Source: Marsupella aquatica (Eukaryota; Plantae; Marchantiophyta). From it: a stretch of 64,000 nucleotides of DNA. The stretch covers positions 8,050,470-8,114,469 of the forward strand of contig OZ316897.1 of the NCBI GenBank assembly GCA_973895155.1, written 5' to 3'. The translations under genes were made by a program, and so were the position numbers. Under the pieces are notes generated by a model. That model did not search any database. It was not told the origin of the DNA and worked only from the letters and a program-made list of their open reading frames with translations. Below are positions 15,001 to 26,832 of this stretch, piece after piece; positions within the stretch are counted from its first letter, which is position 1, and every line of letters begins with the position of its first letter.

Positions 15001-18000
15001 CAAAAGTTGGATACGCAAAATTCCGTCTCCAAGGAAACAGACGAGGATATTATCACCATTACGCAGGGGATGCAAGGATTGGTGTCCAAGAAATTCAGAC
15101 TTGACCGTTGCAAGTGTACAGACCAACACCAAAATGAGCTGCTTGCAATCGGAAGTCTGACACATCTGCCAGCTTTTCGCAATATCTATCTGCAGCTGTT
15201 ACCGTGGCTTGACCATCTCAGTATCGCCTTAGATAATGCTCTGGTAGCGAAGATCTCAGCTGCTTCTATTGATCAGATGGCTGCTGATCTTCTGCAAGCT
15301 TTTAGGCAACAGGGAATAGACTCCAAGTTAGTGAGTAGTGCATTGGAGTTCTCATTGACAACGTCTTCAAGGTCACCAGTAGATTTTGTGCCTCTCCAGC
15401 ATGTTCTCTGGATCATGGATTCAGTGACATCCAAAACTCCAGATGTTTGTGTGGCTCCCCAGGATCTCATCCAGGAGATGTGGTTCCGATGGCACCAGGC
15501 AATATGGAGAAAAAGTCCCATTGAAGTTGAGCAGCTTTCTGACAGCTGGGCATTGACTGAAGGCCCGCCACGGCTCTTCCAAGCCGTACAAAGTGTGTTC
15601 TTGTCAACCAAGTTTGCCGATAGAGGTCCAGTGAAAGAGTACCCGGCAAAGCTGACGCAGCTGAGGATTTCTGCAATGCATATGTGGAACTTGCAAAAGC
15701 AAAGGTTTCCGGATGCTGCTATTTTGAACTTATGCAATTCCAGTATCCTTTTCCAACAGATTATTCTGGCCCACAGGAAGTCTTTTTTGGCTGTGGCTTT
15801 TGTTCAGATCCACCGACTGCTTGGTGCTTTGCATAAAAATACATTGATAGCTGCGCAAAGTGAGACTGAGGATGATGAGGGAAAATGGATGAACAACCAG
15901 GCTTTTGCGGAATTGGAAGCTTTACTTAGAAGTTCCCAGCATGCAGGACTGGTTTGCATACTGGACACACTTGTGCTGCCTTGTGCTTCTTTGTTATATC
16001 TCACTCCATGGAGGACTCTCGAGGGTGCTTCTACCCTATTGCATCAAGGGCGTGTGTGGCTCTTAGTTGGACTAATGCGCCTTCAGCTGCTACTGCCTGT
16101 GAATGCCTACGATCCCGTATCAAAATACGCTTATAAGCATGGACATGCCTCTAATCAGCTCACCCACATGAATCTGAATATAGAGGTGAGGCAGAAAAGT
16201 GAGATTATAACCAGGGGTTCTGGGAACAGTTCAGAAATCTGTGCTTTGCAATCAAAGGCTGAGGAGCTAAAGGAGGAGCTATCGGCCTTAAGTTCTAAGA
16301 TTGTACCTCGACCCCAGCCTCCAAAATTCAAAGATTTCTGCCGGGATGTCGAGCGCTTCATGGAGCACTCTGCTGGTCCTGAAAGGTTACTAGTTCTGTG
16401 GGCTAATCTGAAAGGAGACGACGAGTCTGCGAGGACGCATGCCGGGAGCATTGTACAAGTAGTTGTCGCCTGGCAGGGAAACTCTGAGAACTTCATTCGT
16501 CGCCTTTCTAGGGACTTTGCGGCCTACCGAGACTTTGTGCAACCCGTGCAACAAGCAATTTATGAACTGAAATTTGGGCTCTCTATAAGTCTGGCCGCCC
16601 ATTTGCAAGTTCAAACGCTGAACAAGGATGTTGTCAAGCATGACAATACAGCAGTAACGGAGTTGATATGCTTACTGATGGAGTTTCCAAGTCGGCCACC
16701 TCAAAGCCTTCTATCAGATTCAGGAGTCCCCTATGCTGCAAGTAGCAGTGCTGCCGATGAGTTGATGAATAATGCTACTGAGCGTGCTCTTTTGTGGGCA
16801 GCCTCCCTGGAGACATCTGGAAAAGTTCCTGAAGAGATTTTACAAATGGACATGAAAGTGAGGGTCCTTCAAATTGCCCTCTTGAAGGCTGGGCAGGAAG
16901 GTTTGCAATCCCATTCAACAACTAAGACACACCTAACGCTTCTTGATTCTATTTTCTCCTCTTTTTCTTCTCTATGGAGCGAGGTACGAGAATATAGGGT
17001 GGATCAAAAGAGGCAAAAGGATGAGCTGTTGAAATTTAGCACGTCCACGCACAGCATGGACGTGGAGGCTACACTAGATGAGGCGGCATTCAATACTATG
17101 TTTCCTGACTACAAATCTGATTTTGATGGTTTTGATGACAATATGGTAACAAGTGCTGAAGAGGATGATAGGCAAGCTCAGAAAGCCAACGAGGAACCTC
17201 TTAATAAGGACATCATTTTGGTTGAAAGATTGTGGGCTAGGATGGAGGAGGCCCTCTTTAGGGATGTCACTCATATTCACCAGTCTCTCTTTTGTCCTTC
17301 CAACATGTTGGGACACGTTCACCAAAATTCTAGAACGATCTCAGATCAAGAAAGATTGCACTCTTTCACTCTTTCTTATAACACGGGAAGGCAATTACTT
17401 GAAGTTGTTGGCCACTGTATTCCAGCGTCTGTAGATGAACAACTTCTTTCTGCCCACATAATGAGATCCAACTTCGAATACCAAAATCTCATCGGTGGAA
17501 GTCAAGCAGAAACTTTCGCGCCAAAAGCTGATATGTATACCGATGCTCACCCATCTGAAATTGCGCTGATGCTGGATCCTGTCGGAGGATTTCTTAGGCG
17601 CATTGCAGATTTATTGAAAGATTGGCCTGAGCATCCAATATTACAGCAGCTTCTACATATCTCAAAGACGTTACTGTCCTTCCCTCTTGATACTGTAGTC
17701 ATGAAGGCTTTGACAGGTGTGGAGTTGCTCCTTTCGAAGGCACAAGTATGGGAAGATAACGCAGCAAAGCATGTCTCTATCGCAGATGAACTGAGCAACT
17801 TGACACGACTTGTTACTCGATGGCGTAGGTTGGAGCTTGAAGGATGGGCAACTCTCCTTGAGAAAATCGAAAGGCAGCACGTTTTCAGTGCCCAGAAGTT
17901 GTGGTTTTCTTTATTTGATCTCCTTCACCGACCCGTTGAAGACAATGTTGAAAGATACTTTGAGGCTACTATCTCCAGCATCGAAGAATTTCTCCAAACG

Positions 18001-21000
18001 GCAACGTTTGGTGAATACCTTACACGGATACAACTTGTGCAAGCGTTCTATGGACACTTCTCTGTCCAAGGTCAAGTGAAGGCCCCTCTTAGAGGTCTCT
18101 CAATTGAAGTGGTCGCGAGGTTGTCTTATATTCTCTACAACGTGTTCAAATACTACTCCCAGTTTCTACCAATGCTGGATGAGATACTAATATCTGAGAA
18201 AGGAGCCATGGAGAAAGAACTCAAGGAGTTTGTGCGGCTTTCAAAATGGGATGACCGCAGCTACTATACTCTGACACTGTCGGCAGAGAAGTCCCATCGC
18301 AAGCTGCACAAGTTTGTAAAAAAGTACGATCAATTGCTGAAACGTTCAGTAAGTGAGATTCTAGGGAAGCAGTCATTGAAAATGGGTGCACAGAATCTGT
18401 CATACTTGGCTTCAACCGTCAAGAATGAAGACTGTTCTTCGCCACCAATAGCCAATGGAGACGATTCGCAAATAGAGGCGTCTTTATCATCTAAGACGAG
18501 CAAGACGAAAAAGGGTGTAGACGGGAAGGCAACCAAGCCTTTGGGGTTGCCTGCTGAGGAGTGGAAGTCAAGATGTGGCACGAAACTTGTGCAGCTAACG
18601 AAGTTATCCGACTTTCTTTCTGAGGCATATCCGAGAGGAGCATACTTGTACCGCTTGCCGGCGCTTACCTCGAAGATCAGTGACCTTCTCGGTGCAGCTG
18701 TCTTCTCAGATGCTAGTAGAAACAGCAGGGCGAAAGGAACTGATGACCTGGAGATGCTTTCCAAGTCGATTATTGTGCGTGCATCAGATCTTAGAAACGG
18801 TGAGCACCAACTTGCAGTGAAGAAGAGAGCTATGATTGATCTATTGAAGCGTTTACGAGAAATTGGGCTGTCACGGCATAAATCATCAGTGCCAAAGGGG
18901 CAGCGAGTTCCCAGCAGTTGGCTACAGTTACAGCCTGCTGAAGCTGGCACCATGCTTCTCCTCCATGATGGGAACGAATCTATGGCAGATCGGCAAGGGT
19001 ACACTGATATGTATGTTGTCGAGGGAACTACTTCACTTTGGACAAAGGCCAGTGACTACTACTACAAGAACATGGCACTTCTTCAGCAACTTCAGCGATC
19101 TGCTCTTGATTTCAAGGAAGGCCTTAGCTTAAAAGAAGTCGAAAATACGACCAAATACACGGAACATCTTCTATACCTCCAGCAAAGTCAGCGTAGCAAG
19201 GCCCATGAGTTTAGCTCAAAGTTAATGTTACTTGGGCACCTGATTCAAACGTTGTCTAGCTGTGGAAAGAACAACACTGCAATCCCAAGACAAGGACTCA
19301 TGAGGAAGTGGATGTGGCGGCAAAAGCTGTTTTTCGATTCACTTCAGCAAGTTCTTGCTGAAACATTATTGCTTTTCAAGATATCGGAGGGTATCCAACT
19401 ATGCCCTGCCAACTCCATGCGTATTGAAGCTGGTGCTGTGAAAGTTCTTTTGCAAGATTTTTTTGCGGGAGCAGAGAAGTGCAAGGCTCGTCTTGACTCT
19501 CGACTTCTTCTCAAGGGTAGCTGGATTGCTTTGGACGATAAAGGGGTTTCGTGGCCATTGTTATTCACACCTGCGATGCTTGAAGATCTTTTAGCAAACT
19601 TCGTCTTTCTGGATGGGACACGAGGTGCCTTCAAAAAGTTCTTTGGTGAGGACAAGACGAGCAGTACGGAGAATCTGTCTGGACTTCGGCCATTGCAACA
19701 GTTGCTTTCCAAGGGGTACGGAATGTTCAAGGAATTCGAAATGGAAACCCTTCGTTACAGCCAGGAAGCAGATGTGGTGGACCTATCTGATTTGAAGTCA
19801 CAGTTTACGCATCTCTATGACAAAATTATCACGGAGAGTCAACTGGCTGTCCAGAAAGTTAGTAAAACACAGTTTGGTGCTGGTAGTCTTGCTGAAAGGG
19901 AGGAGAAAGAAACCCTACAGGCTTACGAAGAAGCAATTATGGACCAGATTGTTTCTCTGCGCTTGACGTCTATTTATCAGGCAGTCATAAAAATTCTCAG
20001 CTTCAGTGAGAAACTCATCGACATCCACTGTAACGGGGAGGATGCTGACTTCGTCATGATCATGGGAAGATTGCTCGACTGTCTCCACGTACCGTTGGAG
20101 ATGATTCATGCTGTAGGAATGCGTCTCCTTGCCGACTACATCAGTTTACACAAATCCGTAAGTTTCCTCAACTTATTCGTGACTTCTGTTAGTTTCAATT
20201 GATTTTACTTGAGTAGATTGTTGTTTTGTTCTGATAGTGATGAACTGCTTCTGCCTACGATACCTAAGATAAACTATACTGTATTGAAAGCTTGGTTTTG
20301 TAGTGTTCACTTAAATAGACAACAATATTGATTGGTCCTTCCCTTGCAACGGAAAAAGAGTAAACTCGCTGATTCAAGGCAGTTCGTTCGTTAATCTTTT
20401 TTAATCGACTATTGGTGGCAAAGTTTCATGATCGTTCTAAGATTCTTTCTACCAGGATGCTTGCTCGCTAAGACAGGCAGGAATTTCAATAGAGGTTCTG
20501 TCCCATTTGCTGAGGTTGTACCATGCTTCTTGCAGGTGACAAAGTTGGGCTATGTGCTCTCAAATCTCTTTGTGACATTGTACACAGAAGGATACTGTAA
20601 TACCAAAGAAGAGGAAGGAAAGGAAGCGGCAAACAAATTTGATGATGCAGATGGCACAGGCATGGGAGAAGGAGAGGGGAAGAAGGATGTAAGTGAGCAG
20701 ATAGAGGACGAAGAGCAGCTGATGGGCGGAACAGAAAAGGTGAGCTTTGCATACTGTACTGGATGGATCTTTCTCTATGCCTCTTTGCAATCTCATATCC
20801 TCCTGTATCATTTGTGGAGTTCAAAAGTAGACTCAAATCTAACATTTTAGATAGTTTGTCTACTGTGACAAGTGTTGTTGTGAACTAATTGTTGCTATAA
20901 TGTTGGTGTGTAAAGGAGGAGGATGTGCAGAAGAATGACGCTGGAAAGAACGCCGACAAGGGCATCGAGATGGAACAAGACTTCTCTGGTGACATGATGG

Positions 21001-24000
21001 ACCTGAGTGAGGATGAACCGGAGGAAGAAGATGGAAATGACGAAGAGGAAGAGGAAAAGTTGGAGTCCAAGATGGGTGAAGGTGAGGATGACAGTGAAGT
21101 TGTGGATGAAAAACTTTGGAACAACGATGATGAGAAGGACCAAGAACCTGATGCCAAAGAGAAGTATGAGAAGGATTCTGCAGTTTCAGGAGTGAAGCCT
21201 GAAGATCTTGAGATGCGTGGAAAGGAAGATGAAACGACAAAAGACGATAGTGTGGAAGGGGAGAAAGGGGAGAAAGATAAAGATAAGAGTCTTTCTAAGG
21301 AAGAAATTGAAAATCAATCTGAACTCTTTCAGGAACCGGAGGGAAACCGTGAAGAGGATGATGATCAAGACAAGGAAGAGAAAGTCGAAGAGAGAAGTGG
21401 GGTCCAGCCATCCAAAGAAGAAACCCTCGACCTTCCTGAAAATCTTGATCTGGCTGGTGGAGAGGATGATGAGCAGGAAAAGGAACAGGAACAGGAACGT
21501 CAGCAGGAGGAACTTACAATCGCTGGTGATGAGCACGAAGGAAGCAAAACAACAGACGATAATGATTTGCCGGAAGACATGAATCTTGATGAAGACAATC
21601 CCGAAGATCATGATGAAGGATCAGGACTTCCAGACCCAAACCCTGGAGGTCCTGATACAGATGACGGTGCAGGTGAAGGAAGCCCTGACATGGAACTGGA
21701 CAACGAGGCTTTGAACAAAGAGCCTGATCTTGAGGAAAATGAAGCTTCTCAACTAGATGAAGCTTCTCAATTCAACAAGGAGATAGATGGGCCAGCTGAG
21801 GATGAGGACATGGAGGAGCCGAAAGAGCAAGGGGAGGATCCGTCAGACCCCCAGGACATGGATGCTAGAACGTCTGGGAAAAACCAAGAACAAACGAACG
21901 TGATTGCTGGCACAAAGGGCATTGCTTCACAGCTTAACAATGCAGATGATGAGGTTGACAAGAGAGGGACGATGGAGGCTCCACAGGAAGAAAGATCCAC
22001 AGCTGGCCTGGAACAGTCATCTCTTGAAGCTGTTGATGGCACAAACAGAACTTCTTTTCCGGAACCCTCTACGTCATCAACTAAAGATCGACAGAATTTG
22101 AAAAGGCCTGATATTAACCCCTATCGTAGTCTTGGTGACGCTTTGAAGCGTTGGAAGGAACGTATAAATGTAATTGATTCTAGTGAGGCTCCGTCAGCTG
22201 TTGACAACTCAGAAACAAAAGAGGAAGAGCCTCCTAGTGAAGGAGAAGAGGATAGGATGGAGAACGAGTTTGTGACGAAGGAGGAGCAAGGTAGTGCCCA
22301 AGCCCTTGGGTCTGCTACCAAAGAGCAACTTGCCGAGAGAAATGATCTTGAAGTTGTGCCCCACGAGGAAAACAATGCAGATGATCTGACGCAGCCAGAT
22401 ATAGACATTCCAGACCCTACGAAAGGTGAACTTGCTGATGCGATTGAGCAAACACAAGTTTCAGCAAATAGCAAAAAACACAGAAATATGAAGCCCGAAG
22501 CAGGTGATCGCATTGCTGTAAGCAGAGATGAAGATGTTGAAAGAGATATTGGCTCGTTGGGTCTTGACGATTTAACAGAGCTAATGAACTCTGCCGATGA
22601 GAGTATTGTTTCGTTACAGAGCCAGCACAATGGAGCAAATCTTTTGAGCGAACGGAAATTTTTGGAGACAGCCGCCGAGAATTGGAGTGAGGAGGAGATA
22701 AGCAGGGTTAGAAAGGAGCTGGAGGCAGGGCTAAAGGAGACGGCTGGTAATTTAGAAGCTGCCAGATTGATATGGCAAAAATATGAGCACTTGACTGCCA
22801 GACTTTCTCAGGAACTTGCTGAGCAGTTGCGAATGATATTGGAGCCTACATTGGCTGCCAGATTACAGGGCGACTACAGGACAGGGAAACGTATCAACAT
22901 GAAAAAGGTAATGGGCCAGCGTCGTAAATTGTATATTGAATCACCGTGGACTTTTCTCGTTCTCTGTTTACGGTCTCATGGTGAGTAGAGATTGTCTTAA
23001 GCTGCTAACCGTGTGGCATGTAAGTTTGCATCTCACACTTACTTCTCATCCTGCAGATTATTCCATACATTGCTAGCTCCTTCCGTAAAGATAAGATTTG
23101 GCTTCGACGCACAAAAGCTAACAAGCGGCAATATCAAGTCGTCCTGGCCATTGATGACTCTCGGAGTATGTCTGAGACTCATTGTGGACATTTGGCAGTG
23201 GAGGCTCTAATAACAATATGTAGAGCTATGTCTCAAGTAGAAATAGGACAGATGGCAGTCGCCAGTTTTGGACAGAAAGGAAATGTTCATCTTCTTCATG
23301 ACTTTGGTCAGCCCTTTTCAAGCGAAGCTGGTATCAATGTAAGTGATATACCTCTCTGTAGTTTGAGTGGCTCCTTTCTATATTTTGGACGACCCAAATG
23401 GGAAAACTGGTGACTAGTGGGTTGCTCCGGCTCAGTAGGCATCACTGCTTAGTAGCCTACAAGATGCAAATGATGTGGTGGGTTGAAATTCGTGGGAGTA
23501 CGTCTGCAAGAGGGACCTAACATATTTCTTTGTCGGTTGCAGATGGTATCTCGTTTCTCATTCAGCCAGGACAACACCATCGCTGACCAGCCAATGGTAG
23601 ACCTTCTCCAATTTCTAACTCGCATGCTGGACATGGCTGCTAATCATGCTGCTGTTCCGTCAGGCAATGTTAATTTACAGCAGCTCGTACTGATAATAGC
23701 TGATGGTCGTTTCCATGAAAAGGTACTTTCTTTTATCCCAGTCAGCATTTCTTCCATTGCCTCCACCGATGCTTCGTGGCGTAAATGCCGTGCATCTGAC
23801 AGACCTTGGCCGGCCGTCCTCCTTTTATTCGAGTAAAATTTCAGCTAAACATTTACTGGCCGCTGAGGCATATGTTGTACTATATGTCGGCACTGTGTGC
23901 TTGGTGGTGAGTATAATCTGGTAACTTGTCTGCAGGAGAGCTTGCGGAGATGCATAAGAGAGGCCACTAGCAGGAGACAACTCCTAGCTTTAATTGTGCT

Positions 24001-24594
24001 GGATAATCCACAACAATCTATCCTTGATATGCAGGTAGGATTTCTAATGCGTCTTTCGTTTCCTGGCATCTCGTTCCCATCTCCATTACCGGCTTGAAGT
24101 TTGCTTAGAATGATGATGATGCTGGTCTTTCTATGCGCCCACACGTAGGGGACTCATTCTTGAGAACGTTGTTGTGCAGTCTGTGTCGTTTGCGAATGGA
24201 GCACCATCCTTTTCGAAGTATCTCGATTCCTTTCCATTCCCATATTACATTGTCTTGAGGGACATTGAGTCACTTCCAAGAACTCTTGCTGACCTTATGC
24301 GACAGGTGAGCTTTGTTGTGGACATGTGGTTTTGAAAGCTTTAGACAGAGTTCTTTAAGGGCTGAAGTAGAGTAAACTCAATTTCGGTACGAAAAATGTA
24401 TTCACCTGTCAGTTGTAGAGATCTGATAGTTTGGACTATAGAATAATTGTAGAACTGCCATACAATATGGCTGTTTAGTATGAATGCATTGTGAAGAGAA
24501 GTGGTAAACCTTGGAGAGCTGGTTACCTTGTTGTAACGTTTCTGTGGTGCTGCAGTGGTTTGAATTGACACAGCAATTTTCATCGGGGCAATAG
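1..24594 (+). CDS. MDN1: Midasin (MDN1/Rea1), pre-60S ribosome biogenesis AAA+ ATPase; 5'-partial, about 38 exons in window
   Basis: Six Walker A motifs in order: GPIGSGKS, GETGTGKT, GPTSSGKT, GDTGCGKT, GSPGVGKT, GPAASGKT. Walker B-type motifs LLDEVNLA, VLDELNLA, LIDEISLA, LLDELNLA, LLDNANLC. Long linker (exon 12940-20157), Asp/Glu-rich region (about 20916-22600), MIDAS motif IDDSRSMS (about 23150) and C-terminus ..LPRTLADLMRQ/WFELTQQFSSGQ* (last exon 24556-24594). Representative exons: 178-253, 460-743, 1171-1410, 1537-1706, 1850-1962, 2233-2352, 2640-2721, 2976-3098, 5061-7217, 11879-12807, 20536-20739, 24180-24305. Confidence 0.97.
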
Positions 24595-24713
24595 TGTAGC
24601 TGTATTTATACAACACCTGGTCTTCTTTAGTTGGCCAAATTGAAGATCAATATTCATTGACGACGTGGGACTTCAAACTTTGGTATTCAATCCGGACCTG
24701 TTTTACGGCAATG

Positions 24714-24806
24714 GTAAGTCCTTAGCTTTCCATTAGCACCGGGAATGTGCTCAGATTCGCAAGCGAAGCTTCTTTGTTTTATTTACAACTTGATGTGTCC
24801 TTGCAG
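24714..24806 (+). other. Putative intron in the MDN1 3' UTR
   Basis: Perfect G|GTAAGT donor at 24714, T-rich body and TTGCAG acceptor ending at 24806. Confidence 0.5.
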
Positions 24807-25340
24807 AGACGCATAGACCTCGAGGATGCTGCTGTAATGATAACCAGACCACGAAGGAAAAGATTTGTAGTTGGAGGAAATTTTACAGCTTGATGCCAAT
24901 TTGAGAAGGAACTACAATACCGACAGCACAAGTTCCATCAATTAAACTAGGAGCTACCAGCATTCTTTCACAGAAAATGAGATAGTTTTTCACCGGCACA
25001 TAGCAGTAGTTGAGATCTTCCTGCAAAGTCTGGGTCTCAAGTTGAGTTCCATTTGTATTCAATTCACTTTTAGTAAGTACACATCAAGATGAATTCATTC
25101 AACGTTGTAACCACTTTGTCTTGTTCTCAGATTTATCTGCTTGATAAAAGAGCTTTACTTGCTCACATTTTACACATTCATCTCCTAAGACGAAGAATAT
25201 TGTAGGTGACAAATTTTCGAGTGGTAAGAATAAGAGATAGAAACAAGAGAAAAGGGAAACATTGGAAAATTGGAAAATTGTCTCAAAGAATGGGAGAGAG
25301 ATTTACAGGTACTTACAACAACCCTTCTTAACCACCAAAA

Positions 25341-25493
25341 CCATGTTACTTGATTACACTGCCTATCGTGCCTCCATTGCTGCCGCCTGCCTGGTATGAA
25401 TTGCCCTTGCCTGGCCACCATGTTACTTGATTACACTGCCTATCGTGCCTCCATTGCTGCCGCCTGCCTGGTATGAATTGCCCTTGCCTGGCC
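25341..25493. repeat. Direct tandem duplication, 77-bp period, 2 copies
   Basis: ccatgttacttgattacactgcc...cccttgcctggcc starts at 25341 and again at 25418. Confidence 0.92.
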
Positions 25494-25659
25494 TTGTGAC
25501 TCCCTTCCAATTTCCGGCACATCTCACTCCCCCACCCAACTCCCCCACCAAAGTCTATTCTTTCTACTCGGGTTCTTACCCCACCAAACTCCTAGCTTCC
25601 CTTCTCAATTCAACAACTCGTATTTGTTAGGTTGTCATCTTGTCTGACTTTGGCACGCA

Positions 25660-25804
25660 TTTTCCCAACCATCTGTCTCCATCAGTGCTCCATCAGTGTT
25701 TACCAGGCTTTTCAGTTGCTGCTGAGTAGGGTTTTAGTTTCCCAACCATCCGTCTCCATCAGTGCTTACCAGGCTTTTCAGTTGCTGCTGAGTAGGGTTT
25801 TAGT
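25660..25804. repeat. Direct tandem duplication, about 67-78 bp, 2 copies
   Basis: tttcccaaccatc.gtctccatcagtg...ttaccaggcttttcagttgctgctgagtagggttttagt occurs twice. Confidence 0.9.
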
Positions 25805-26289
25805 GAGAGTAAATCATGTCATTCTGTTTTCATTTTGGCTCTCTGTTCTTCTTGGGGTTTCCCCTTGTTTCTTCCCTTTATTGGGTCTCCTGTCTTTGGG
25901 ATCCTGTTTTGGCACTTTTTATTTGTATTTACCTTAAACTGCCACTCTCACCAAAACAAAACATAGTGGATCTAGGTTTATCAAAATTAGTCATTAATGT
26001 TCCAATTAATTGAAAAAGCGCCTTGTCCTACTTTGTCCTTTAATCAACTGTGTCCTTCTTTTACCTGGTGGACACTGTATGCAAACTGAATATCAGTTAC
26101 TTTAATTGATTGAGAATGACATGATTTACTCTCACTTCTTGTATAGTCACACACATTATGGTGACATATTTAGATATCTTGTGTTCCTAAATATTGTGTG
26201 TGAGACTAATTACAGTCATCAGTGGGGCTGGTTTGCTTTAGGCCCTGATTTAACCCTCTCTTCCTCCTTGTCGGGGCCCTGTCGGATCT

Positions 26290-26740
26290 ATGGGTATTCT
26301 CCCCTTGTGAGGACCCTACATAAAATCATATCTATCTTCTCTCCTGGGCAGGATCCTTGGATATTGTCCCTTGTGGCACCCTCCATAAAAGACATTGTCC
26401 CCTTGTGGGAACCTTACATAAAATCATATATACTGTCTGGTGGGCAGGATCCCTTAGTATTGTCCCCTTGTGGCTACTCTACATAAAATGATATCTTTGG
26501 ACATAGTCCCCTTGTGGCTGTGGGCAGAATCCCTGGGTATTGTCCCGTTGTGGCTACTCTACATTAAATGATCATTGGACATTGTCCCCTTCTGGCTGTG
26601 GGGCAGAATCCCTGGGTATTGTCCCCTTGTGGCTACTCTACATAAAATGATCTTTGGACATTGTCCCCTTGTGGTTACTCTACATAAATTGACCTTTGGA
26701 CATTGTCCCCTTGTGTCTACCTTACATAAAATCATATCTA
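26290..26740. repeat. Degenerate minisatellite array, about 10 units
   Basis: Core attgtccccttgtggc recurs about 10 times, followed either by actctacataaaatgat or by tgtgggcagaatccctgggt. Confidence 0.88.
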
Positions 26741-26832
26741 TCTTGTGTTGGGATGGGTGTGCTTTGGGTTTTCAAGGCAAAAATGAAAAATGCATTCGCC
26801 AATAAAGAACAGAAAAAACTAGACCTTGCATC

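Noticed and set aside
13297-22638. Numerous antisense and alternate-frame ORFs within the large MDN1 exons
   Set aside because: Shadow ORFs of a long coding sequence, with no independent evidence.
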